64,000 nucleotides of DNA from Candidatus Multivorans sp. (GTDB taxonomy: Bacteria; Acidobacteriota; Thermoanaerobaculia; Multivoradales; Multivoraceae): contig OZ245033.1 in assembly GCA_965224025.1 (NCBI GenBank), positions 2,816,001-2,880,000 of the forward strand. The letters are read 5' to 3'. Each line of letters opens with the position of its first letter. Position 1 is the stretch's first letter. Made by a program: the position numbers and the translations under genes. Below, piece by piece: positions 47,921-57,489 of the stretch. The notes under the pieces were generated by a model. It ran no database searches, was not told the DNA's origin, and saw only the letters and a program-made list of their open reading frames with translations.

Positions 47921-48868
47921 CTACTCGGCTTCCTCGGCTTCCTCGGCCGCCTGCGCCGCGGCCATCCGCTCCTGCCAGTTGGAGGGATAGATCATCGCCA
48001 TGAGCATCGATTGCTCGGACTGGTACTGCACCATGGCGCCCTTCGGCAGCCAGATGGTGTCGCCCGGCCCGACCTCGTGGCTGTCCTCGCCGGAGAGGAT
48101 CGTGAGGTGTCCGTCGAGGTTGTAGAGGTACTCGTCGAACATCATCGGGCGCTGTTCCTGGGTATCGAAGTTGTCCAGCACGGTGAGGGCGCAGTGCAGG
48201 TTGTCGCTGACCGCGACCACGCCCGGCGTGCTGGCCGGCCCGACATCGGAGCCGGTGCTGATGCCCGGCGCGAACGCCACGATCTGGCGGTCGGCGGCCG
48301 CGACGAAGGACACCGGCGCCGGTTCGCCCTCCATCGACCAGTTCTCGTCCGCGGGCTGCCAGTCGACCGGGTAGACGGCGACGATGTTCGTCGCCCTCTC
48401 GGTCGCCTCTATCCTCTTCGCGACTGTGCCCTTCGGTATCCACAGACCGTCGCCCGGGCCGAGTTCGTACACCGCGTCCTCCGTCTCGATCGTCAGGATC
48501 CCCCCCTCGAGGCCGTAGAGGTACTCGTCGTACGTGTACGTCCAGTTCTCGAGCAGGTAGTTCTCCCAGCGCGCGATGACGTTCGCCATCGTCGTGCTTC
48601 CGGCCACCGAGCCCATCGCGTTCGGGTCGCCGACATCCGTCGCCGTCATCAGAGCCGTGTTGCCGGGTGTGAGTTCGTGGAACTCACGGGCGTCGCCCTC
48701 GATGACGACGATCTCTCCGACCGGCGCCGGCACTTCCCGCATCGCAGGCTCCTCGGCTGGAGCTTCCACCTCTTCTTCGGCCGCGGCGCAGGCGAGGAGG
48801 ACGACGCCCACTGCAAGCACGCTGAGAGCCAGGATCGGGGTTCTTCGGACAGGCTGGATAGACAACAT
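47921..48868 (-). CDS. Lipoprotein with two EutQ-like cupin domains
   Basis: LLAC lipobox; (Y/F)DEYLY.L(E/D)G.LTI...E.GPGD..W.PKG occurs twice. Confidence 0.75.
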   Translation of the reverse strand: MLSIQPVRRTPILALSVLAVGVVLLACAAAEEEVEAPAEEPAMREVPAPVGEIVVIEGDAREFHELTPGNTALMTATDVGDPNAMGSVAGSTTMANVIARWENYLLENWTYTYDEYLYGLEGGILTIETEDAVYELGPGDGLWIPKGTVAKRIEATERATNIVAVYPVDWQPADENWSMEGEPAPVSFVAAADRQIVAFAPGISTGSDVGPASTPGVVAVSDNLHCALTVLDNFDTQEQRPMMFDEYLYNLDGHLTILSGEDSHEVGPGDTIWLPKGAMVQYQSEQSMLMAMIYPSNWQERMAAAQAAEEAEEAE

Positions 48869-49099
48869 TCTGTTCTCCCTGTTGCGGAACCTCATCTCCC
48901 AATCTTCCTTAGGGAAACCTAAGAAACTTCCAGCCGCGGCAAGGAACCGAGTTTGGGCCTGCAGTCCTTTGCGGGAGACGTGTGGATAAGCCTTCGTTTG
49001 GCAACGCAGGACGCTTGCGGCAGCCGTTAGGATTGGTGTGCAGCATACTGAGCGGCCCCTTCAGGGTCAAGAAGACACAGCGCGGTCAAGAAGCACAGA

Positions 49100-51544
49100 G
49101 TGGTCAACAAGACACAGCAAAGGTGGACGCTTCGGGGGCGTCGATTCTTGTTCAGCGCGATCGTCCTGATTGCGATCGCGCTGTCGGTCGCGTGCCGGCG
49201 GGAGGGGGCTTCCGTAGCGGCCCCGCCCGAAGCTTCGGCCCCACCGCCCACCGAAGCGGCATGGAGTGAGGCGATGGGCGATCTGGCGCCGGGGGACTGG
49301 AACGTCGTGCTGATCACGATCGACACCCTCCGCGCCGACCGGCTGGGCTGCTACGGCTACGCGGATATCGAGACGCCGCACCTCGACCGTCTGGCCGGGG
49401 AGGGCATCGTGTTTGAGAAGGCGGTCACGACGGTTCCCTTCACGCTGCCCGCTCACAGTTCGATCATGACCGGCGCCTATCCGCCGATCCATGGCGTGCG
49501 GGAGAACGTCGGTTATGCCCTGGACGAGCGGCTGCCCACGCTGGCTGAAGACATGGCCGCCGCCGGCAGGCTCACCGGAGGCTTCGTCAGCGCCTTCGTC
49601 CTCGACGGTCGATGGGGGATCGACCGCGGCTTCGACCGCTACTACGACGAGTTCAAGGTCCAGGACATGGGGACGCTGAACATCGCCTCCGTTCAGCGCG
49701 AGGGGACGGAAACGATCGACCAGGCGGAGACCTGGCTGGACGAGGTAGCTGGTTCTCCCTTCCTCCTCTGGCTTCATCTCTTCGAGCCGCACGATCCCTA
49801 CGAGGCGCCCGAGCCCTTCGCGTCGCGCTATCCGAAGCGGCCCTACGACGCGGAGGTCGCCTACACGGACAGTCTGGTCGGCAGGCTGCGCGAGATGCTC
49901 GAGGGCAGGAACCTGCTCGGCCGGACTCTCCTGGTGGTTACCGGAGATCACGGCGAGGGACTCGGCGACCACGGCGAGTTCTTCCACGGCTTCTTCGTGT
50001 ACGACAGCACGGTCAGAGTGCCGCTGATCGTGCGGCTGCCGGAAGGGCGTCTCGGCGGCAGGAGCGTCGATGCGGCGGTGAGCCACGTCGATCTGCGCCC
50101 GACGATTCTGGACGCGCTCGGGCTGGAGTCGCCGCCGGTTGATTCGCGGCAGAGTGGACGCAGCCTGGTCCCGCTCCTGCTTGGTCTGGACGACGGCGAG
50201 CGGGTTGCCTACAGCGAGTCCTACTACTCGCTGTACCACTATGGCTGGGCGCCCTTGCGCGCCATTCACACTGGCCCGCTGAAGTTCATCGACGCGCCGG
50301 AACCTGAGCTCTACAGCCTGACCGAGGATCCGGGCGAGACGGAGAACGTCGTGCGCGGTACGCGGGTCGAAGCGCGGGAGCTTCGCGACCGCCTGCTGTT
50401 GATGATCCGGGACTTTGATCGTTCCGGCGCCGGCGAAGCGGCGCGGCCGGACCTGGATCAGGAAACGCTGGCGCAACTCCAGGCGCTCGGGTACCTGGCG
50501 GGCAGCGGCAGCCGCGCGGAGGCGCCCGAGGATCTGTCCGGTCTTGCCGACCCGAAGGGCAAGATCGCGGTGCACCGGGCGATCATGCTCGCTCAGAGCG
50601 ACATCGGAAAGGGCGAGACGGAGGCTGCCCGTGAGCGACTGCTGGAGGCCATCGAGCTCGATCCCGGGGTGGTCGACGCCCAGCAGATGCTCGGCAACAT
50701 CCACCAGCGCGAGGGCGACTATCCGGCCGCGATCGAGTACTTCCGGACCGCCCTGGCCCGCAATCCGGATCACCAGGCATCGCTGCTGGGTCTGGCCGAT
50801 TCGTACCTGTGGCTCGACAGACCGGAGGCCGCTCTGGCCGGTTACGAGCGGCTCCGCGGCCTGGCGCCGCAAGACAGCAAGGCGGCGATCGCCTCCACCG
50901 AGATCCTCGTCGATCTGGGGCGTCGGGCGGAGGCCCTGGAAGTCGCGGAGTCCGCGGCCCGCTATGAGCACGCCCCGGCGCTGGTCCACAACCAACACGG
51001 CGAACTGCTCACGCTTGCCGGACGGGTCGACAAGGCCGAGGGCGCCTTTGAACGCGCCATCCAGGCGAATGACCGCCCGGTGCAGCCGCATTTCAACCTG
51101 GCCGTGATCTACGAAGAGCGCGGCGAGACGGCGAGGGCGATCGAGCGCTACAAGGAAGCGCTGGCCCGGATGCCGTGGCACTACAAGACGCTGTTCAACC
51201 TCGGCCGGTTGCTGGGCCGGGAGGGAGACGTGGTGGAGCAGGAGGAGCTGTGGCAGGCAGCGATCGCCGCGAATCCAGAGTTCATCGAGGGGCACTACCT
51301 GCTGGCGAAGCTGCTAATGGACCAAGGCGGCGATCTGAAGCGGGCCGAGGAGCTGGTGCGCGCGGGTCTCGAGCACGACGAAACGCACCAGGCGGGGGCT
51401 CTCGGCTACTTCGTGCTGGCCGACATTCTCAGTCGCCTCGGCCGGACCGGGGAGGCGATGGAGGCGGTGCGCTCGGGCCGGGCCATTCAGGGGTCGCCGG
51501 GCCACTCAAGACCAGCCGATGCTGCTCGTGGTCGTCGGCGTTGA
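49100..51544 (+). CDS. Sulfatase-like hydrolase fused to TPR repeats, lipoprotein
   Basis: SVAC lipobox, NVVLITIDTLRADRLGCYG, TLPAHSSIMTG, GDHGEGLGDHGE, LQALGY, then about 8 TPR-like repeats. Confidence 0.9.
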   Translation: MVNKTQQRWTLRGRRFLFSAIVLIAIALSVACRREGASVAAPPEASAPPPTEAAWSEAMGDLAPGDWNVVLITIDTLRADRLGCYGYADIETPHLDRLAGEGIVFEKAVTTVPFTLPAHSSIMTGAYPPIHGVRENVGYALDERLPTLAEDMAAAGRLTGGFVSAFVLDGRWGIDRGFDRYYDEFKVQDMGTLNIASVQREGTETIDQAETWLDEVAGSPFLLWLHLFEPHDPYEAPEPFASRYPKRPYDAEVAYTDSLVGRLREMLEGRNLLGRTLLVVTGDHGEGLGDHGEFFHGFFVYDSTVRVPLIVRLPEGRLGGRSVDAAVSHVDLRPTILDALGLESPPVDSRQSGRSLVPLLLGLDDGERVAYSESYYSLYHYGWAPLRAIHTGPLKFIDAPEPELYSLTEDPGETENVVRGTRVEARELRDRLLLMIRDFDRSGAGEAARPDLDQETLAQLQALGYLAGSGSRAEAPEDLSGLADPKGKIAVHRAIMLAQSDIGKGETEAARERLLEAIELDPGVVDAQQMLGNIHQREGDYPAAIEYFRTALARNPDHQASLLGLADSYLWLDRPEAALAGYERLRGLAPQDSKAAIASTEILVDLGRRAEALEVAESAARYEHAPALVHNQHGELLTLAGRVDKAEGAFERAIQANDRPVQPHFNLAVIYEERGETARAIERYKEALARMPWHYKTLFNLGRLLGREGDVVEQEELWQAAIAANPEFIEGHYLLAKLLMDQGGDLKRAEELVRAGLEHDETHQAGALGYFVLADILSRLGRTGEAMEAVRSGRAIQGSPGHSRPADAARGRRR

Positions 51545-51575
51545 GCGCTGGCGTGGCCGACTCCCGGTCAAGGGG

Positions 51576-52010
51576 ATGAAGCGGCCTCCGACCGACCAGC
51601 TCGCCGTCGGCTACGAACAACAACTCGGTGAGTACGCTCTTGGCGCTCAGCTCGTCGTCACCGACACGACCGACCTGATCGGCTGGCAGATCCAGGGCGA
51701 CGGCGAATGCGAGGATGTTCCTTGCGTCAACTCCTTGACGGGCGAGGCGATCATGCTCAAGAACCTCGTCACACAGCCGACTCTGCGCAAGGCCAACGAC
51801 CCCGGCGCGGCGGCCAACGTCCCACCGGGAACGAAGTTCGAGCAGGACTACACTGGCGTTTTTCTCACCTTCCGCAAGCGCCACACCGGCCGCTGATCTC
51901 TCGACTCGTCGCTGGGCTGGTCGGAGTCGAAGGGAGTGCAGCCTCGTCCGCTCCAGCAGAATGGGAACGTTGCCTTCTACACCAGCTCGGAAGGCAGGGA
52001 TCCCAACCAT
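51576..52010 (+). pseudogene. Internal fragment of a TonB-dependent receptor paralogous to 54651-57435
   Basis: DQLAVGYEQQL...LIGW...EQDY.G.F...GR*SLDSSLGWS...DPNH aligns by eye to DQYALGYEQQL...LIGW...EQDYEGIF...GRWGMNASLGWS...DPNH. TGA at 51894-51896 replaces Trp. Confidence 0.8.
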
Positions 52011-52289
52011 CGCTACGGACCTCGGTGGAATACGCGGTTCTAGCGATCCGCTGCGATGACCGAGAAGGGGCCCGTATGACCGAGAAAGGGAGCCAGATGA
52101 CTTCGACACCCGAGGAGCGGCGCCTCGTCGATCGCCGTGCCCTGATGGTATCGAGTTCGTTGGGAATCGCCGCGGCGGTGGCGGCAACTCGGCGTTTCGC
52201 AAGGAGACCAGCGGTACTCGGATCGAATACCTCAAAGGGCAGAGTAACTGTCTGGAACATCGAAGCCATCAGGACGGCTGACGCCCGCG

Positions 52290-54554
52290 TCACCGCTGCC
52301 AGAGCCAGGTGGCCTTGAGGATGAGCTGTCGGCCCTGCGTGCGTCGCTCCGAGAGCGACGGCGCCGTCCAGTTCTCGTTGTAGACGAGGAAGATGTCGGC
52401 GCCGGGTCGGTAGATCCAGTGGAAGCGGACGTTGATGCCGAGATCCTCGGCGGCGTCGTTGTACTGGGCAATCATGTTCAGCCGCAGATCCGGCGTGAAC
52501 GAGAGGTCGACGTCCTGGCTCCAGAGGTTGATCTCGAACGCGCCCTGCGGCAGCTCGACATCGTGGTGCGACCAAGTGGTGGAGGCACGAACGAGGCGTG
52601 ACAGGCGAAGACCGACCGTCTGTCGCAGGGAGATCCAGTCGCCTTCGTAGAACTCGCCCCAGTTGTTGAAGCTCCGTAAGTTCACCGATCGCGATGCGTC
52701 GGTGAGCATCAGCAGTTCCCAGTCGTCGAACTCGAACAGACCCGGCGGGATCACCACGCCGGGGTAGATCTCGAACGGCGCGAACAACCGCTCCTTGGTG
52801 CGAATAGCTCCGAACTCCAGGAAGTCGTTGCTCTTGAGGACCATGCCGAGGGGATACACGACAGTCTCCTCGCTCTCCAGACGTCCGTCGCTGGAGCGTT
52901 CGAAACGGCGGTGGGCGCCCTCGGCGTACCAGGAGCGGATACCGCCCCGCTCGATCCGCGGCTGCCAGATGAAGCGCGGGTTGAAGAGGCGGAAGTTCTC
53001 GCGCAGCAGAAACCCGACGCCCGGATCGAAGTTCCGCTGGGACTCGATGAAGTCCAGCGAGGTCGTCAGCGTGGAACCCTGGTAGCCGACGCCGGCGCCG
53101 AAGGAAGCGTCGTCGCCGTCGATGCCCGGCCGCTCGCTGCGGCTCCAGTAGCCGTTGAGCTGGAGGAGTTGGGTGGGTTTGAGTTCGATGTCGAAGCCGT
53201 AGAGGCTCTCCGCTCCCGCCGCGGCGGGATCGCGCTGCGTGAAGATCGCGCCCACGCTGGAGCGCTCACCGATGTTGCGCTTCACCCGGGCGACGGCAAA
53301 TCCGGTTTTCGCCGCGTGGCGGCCCCCGGTGTCGGCCGCTCCCGTGCCGATGCCGAGGACGCCGAAGTTCCACTCTCCGAGCCGGCCGGTCAGGCGACCT
53401 CCGGCCTCGATTGGCACCGTCTCGCCGCCGTCGAGCCCGATGCGGCGGGAGAAGAAGGCCTTCATCAGGGAGGGTAGCCACGGCACTCTCTGAGGGGGAC
53501 CGAACTCGAAGATGCCCGCGTTCTCGAGAAAGAAGTCCCGCTTCTCGGGAAAGAAGAGGGAGAACCGGGTCAGGTTGACCTGCAGGTCGTCGACCTCGAC
53601 CTCGGCGAAGTCCGTGTTGTAGGTGAGATCGAGCGCCATCGACTTGCTCAGTCCCCACTTGACGTCGAGTCCGCCGTCGAGGTCGGTCGTTGAAGTACGG
53701 CTCGGCGGCGCTTCGGAGCCGGAACCGATCAGGTAGGGCTTGACGTCGAGGCTGCGCGAGCGCCGAAGACCGGCGAGCCCCGTCAGGGCGCCTGCCAGGG
53801 AAACCCGGTACGCCGCTTCGTGGGACACGCCCGATGTGGTGATCGGCAACGCGGAACGCGGCAAATACGCCCAGTTCACTTCCTCGCTCTTGCGGCGGAT
53901 GAGTCGCTGTACGTTCAGACCCCAGCGATCGAGAGCCGGATCGAAGCGCAGGGTCGCGAAGGGAATGCCGATCTCCGCCGTCCAGCCATCGGTCGTTCGT
54001 CGCGCCTTGACCGACCACACACCGTCCCACTCCTCGTTCACGTCGCGCCCCTCGTCGGTAATCAGTGCATCGTGACGAGCACCATTCGGGTTGGTGGCGA
54101 AGGCGAAGGAGTTGCGGCCGTCCAGAAACGTGTCGAACACCAGAACGAAGGAGTCGTCGGAGGCGAGCTCCGCGTCGCGCTCCATCTCCTTGGCGATGAT
54201 CCTTCCGGGCGCCCGATCGAACGCGCGCAGCGCCACGTAGAGCGTCGTGGGGGTGTAGGCGATGGAGAACTCGGTCCGTTCGGAAGCCGGCGCTCCCTCG
54301 CGGGGCTCGCGTTGCCGGAAGTTCGTGCCGACTTCGGCGCGTCGCCAGGCGGGTTCGTCGAGCCGACCGTCGACGACGATCGGCTGGTCGATTGCGAGTG
54401 CCCCGATCGAAGGGCGCTCGTTGAGATCGGCATCGACTTGACCGACCGCCGGCGCACCGAGTGTCAGCGCGATGACGAATAGAGCCAGCCGGTCGGAGGC
54501 CTTGGGAGGGCGGCTGGTCCTGGCGCGGGGATGGGTTGGAAACCGGGCGCTCAT
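52290..54554 (-). CDS. CBM9-like / DUF5916 outer-membrane protein
   Basis: VDGRLDEPAW, WDGVW, GWTAEIGIPF, NTDFAEVEVD, NLTRFSLFFPEKRDFFLEN, FFSRRIGL. Confidence 0.88.
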   Translation of the reverse strand: MSARFPTHPRARTSRPPKASDRLALFVIALTLGAPAVGQVDADLNERPSIGALAIDQPIVVDGRLDEPAWRRAEVGTNFRQREPREGAPASERTEFSIAYTPTTLYVALRAFDRAPGRIIAKEMERDAELASDDSFVLVFDTFLDGRNSFAFATNPNGARHDALITDEGRDVNEEWDGVWSVKARRTTDGWTAEIGIPFATLRFDPALDRWGLNVQRLIRRKSEEVNWAYLPRSALPITTSGVSHEAAYRVSLAGALTGLAGLRRSRSLDVKPYLIGSGSEAPPSRTSTTDLDGGLDVKWGLSKSMALDLTYNTDFAEVEVDDLQVNLTRFSLFFPEKRDFFLENAGIFEFGPPQRVPWLPSLMKAFFSRRIGLDGGETVPIEAGGRLTGRLGEWNFGVLGIGTGAADTGGRHAAKTGFAVARVKRNIGERSSVGAIFTQRDPAAAGAESLYGFDIELKPTQLLQLNGYWSRSERPGIDGDDASFGAGVGYQGSTLTTSLDFIESQRNFDPGVGFLLRENFRLFNPRFIWQPRIERGGIRSWYAEGAHRRFERSSDGRLESEETVVYPLGMVLKSNDFLEFGAIRTKERLFAPFEIYPGVVIPPGLFEFDDWELLMLTDASRSVNLRSFNNWGEFYEGDWISLRQTVGLRLSRLVRASTTWSHHDVELPQGAFEINLWSQDVDLSFTPDLRLNMIAQYNDAAEDLGINVRFHWIYRPGADIFLVYNENWTAPSLSERRTQGRQLILKATWLWQR

Positions 54555-54650
54555 AGACCTTAAGGTTTTCTAAGGTTTTGCTCTAGATCAAACGCTGTTC
54601 GATCGGTCAGAGTATCGTTGTTCGTTCTTCAACGAAAACCGGAGGAGACC

Positions 54651-57435
54651 ATGTCGAAGATGCGTCTGGCGGTGTTTGTTTCGCTGCTTCTGGTGATAAT
54701 CGCGGGGCCGGCCCTGGCCCAGAACGTCGGCACGGTCCGGGGCGAGGTCCGCGACGCGAACGGCGACCCGCTGCCGGGCGTGATGATCGAAGTCGACGGA
54801 CCGCTGGTGCGCGGCGACCGCTCGACCACGACGGGCGTCAACGGCGAGTTCCTCGTCACGGCGCTGCTTCCGGGCACGGTCTCCGTCACCGGAACGCTCG
54901 ACGGCTTCGAGGACGAGACGGTCGAGGACATCCGCGTCTCGATTTCCCTGACCAGCACCGTGCACATGGTCCTCCAGCTCGCCGCGACCTCGGAGGAGAT
55001 CACGGTGACCTCGGAGCGGCCGATCCTGGACGTGACGAGCAACGTGATCAGCACCCACCTGACCGAGGACTTCATCGATGACCTGCCGACGAAACGGAGC
55101 TTCCAGGACTACGCGAGCATGGCCAAGGGGGTGACGCTCCAGGGGCGCGACCAGACCTACGGCGACTGGAGGTACTCGGTCTACGGCAGCGGCGGGGTGC
55201 AGAACAACTGGAACATGGACGGCCTCAATTCCGCCATGCACGACTACGGCGGCGTCTGGTGGTGGATCAACCCGGACACGATCTCCGAGGTCCAGGTGCT
55301 TGGCGTGGGCGCCCCGGCGGAGTACGGAGGCATGTCCGGCGGCGCGATCAACATCGTCACGAAGTCCGGGACGAACGAGTTCGACGGCCGCCTGAACTAC
55401 TACGGCCAGTTCGAATCGCTGACCGCCGAGGGCCCGAAGGTGGCTGGATTGACCGGCGAGGAGACCGGCTTCTATCGGGACAGGTTCAACAACTACACCC
55501 TGGCGCTGGGCGGCGCGCTCGTCCAGGACAAGCTGTGGTACTTCCTGTCGCTCGAGTACAAGGAGGACGCCCTCGGGGAGCCGGGCTCGATTCGGGAGTA
55601 CGTCCGGCCGGACGTCTGGGAGCGCTCCGCCCTGAAGCTCGACTGGACCTTCAACCCGTCGAACACGCTGACGCTCAGCGCCCAGTACGAGGATTACGAC
55701 TGGCAGCAGGCTTCGGACCCTTTCCGTTCGCAGGACGCGCAGACGCATGAGTTCGGTACCCGGCCTGCCTTCCGGCTCGGCTGGCAGTCCGTGTTCTCGA
55801 ACCGTACGTTCTTTGAAGTCAACGTCGCCGACTTCGACAACTACGACCGCGTGGCTTCGGTCACCGGCAGCGTGGAGCCGCCCTTCGTGGACCACACGCA
55901 GCCGGTGCCGACGACCGTGGGCGGACCGAGGTATCCGTACGACTACGGACCCGCGATGATCCGCACCAGCGCCAAGCTGACCCACTTCGCGGACGACCTC
56001 GCCGGCAGTCACGAGTTCAAGTTCGGCGTCCAGTTCACGGACGCGACGACGAAGACGCCCCAGCTCTATCCCGGTTCGGGCGGTCTCTATTACGCCAAGT
56101 TCGCCGAGAGCTTCTACTGGCGCTACACCCGGCAGCAGCACTACTACGGCAGCGACTCGACGTCGCTCGGGTTGTTCGTGGACGATTCGTGGAACCTGGG
56201 CGGCAAGACGACCCTGAACCTGGGCGTGCGCTACGACCACGACAACGGCGGAATCCCGCCCCTACGAGGTGCTGCTGTCGCACGGGGGCGGCAAGGGGAA
56301 CGCCGTCTTCAGCGGTGACTTCTACCCCGCCTACGACGATCTGGTCGACTGGAAGAACATCTCGCCGCGGCTGGGGATCGCCCATCAGATCGGCGAAGGC
56401 GAGCGGCAGGGCGTGCTGCGCATCTCCTACGGCAAATACTTCGAGGCGAACAGCACGGCATTCTGGAACGGCCCCCATCCGGACCGGCCGCCCTCGGTCT
56501 ATGCCTCCAGCTACTACCGGAACGGCCCGTGGTACGTCTACCGGACGGTCGCGGACGAGAACCTGGTCGAGCCGGACCCGAACATGAAGGCGCCCGAGTA
56601 CGACCAGTACGCGCTCGGCTACGAGCAGCAGCTCAGCGAGACGCTGACGGTGGGCGCCGAGCTCGTCGTCAAACGCGGCACGAACCTGATCGGCTGGCAC
56701 ATCCTCGGTGACGGCGTCTACGAGGAAGTGCCGTTCATGAACCCGGAGACCGGCGAGACGATGACGCTCTACAGCATCGTCGAGGAGCCGACGCGGCGCA
56801 AGGGCAACAGCCCGGGACCGGGCGCGAACGCGCCGCCGGGCGCGAAGTACGAGCAGGACTACGAGGGGATCTTCGTGAGTCTGACCAAGCGCAAGGTCGG
56901 CCGGTGGGGGATGAACGCTTCGCTCGGCTGGTCGAACTCGGAGGGGTTCTCGCCACGGAACCTCGACCAGCGCCAGACGGAACCCTTCTTCGGGAACCAG
57001 AGCGGCGTGGATCCGAACCACCACATCAACGCCGAGGGGTTGATGCAGGCGGACCGCGCCTGGGTCTTCGCGGGCCAGGCCCAGGTCGACCTGCCCTGGA
57101 AGCTGCGCGGAGCAGCGGTGCTGAAGGTTCAGGACGGCCGGCCTTACGCGCAGTTCCAGCGGGTCCAACTGCCTCAGGGCCGGATCGATGTCGCACTGAG
57201 CCCGCGTGAGGACGACCGGAGGATGCCGGGCAGCGCAACGCTTGACCTGGCCATCGGGCGCAACTTCTCGCTCCGTGGTGACGTCTCGTTCGGCGTCGAC
57301 CTGCAGGTCCTGAACGCTCTGAACGAAGACGCCTGGGACTGGTGGCAGGGCACTGCGTTCAGGGACGGTAATCTGGTGCCCTCCCTCTATCAGTATCCGC
57401 GCCGGCTCATGCTGCGGTTGAGCTTCGACTTCTAG
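54651..57435 (+). CDS. TonB-dependent receptor, split by a +1 frameshift in C4 at 56259-56262
   Basis: Signal peptide, GTVRGEVRDANGDPLPGV, AEYGGMSGGAINIVTKSGTN, NLGVRYD. The shifted frame continues PYEVLLS... to PRRLMLRLSFDF*. Confidence 0.88.
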
Positions 57436-57489
57436 GCTGCGGCCGTTCGGTCCGGGCCTGACTACTGACCTCGATCAGAGGAGATCATC

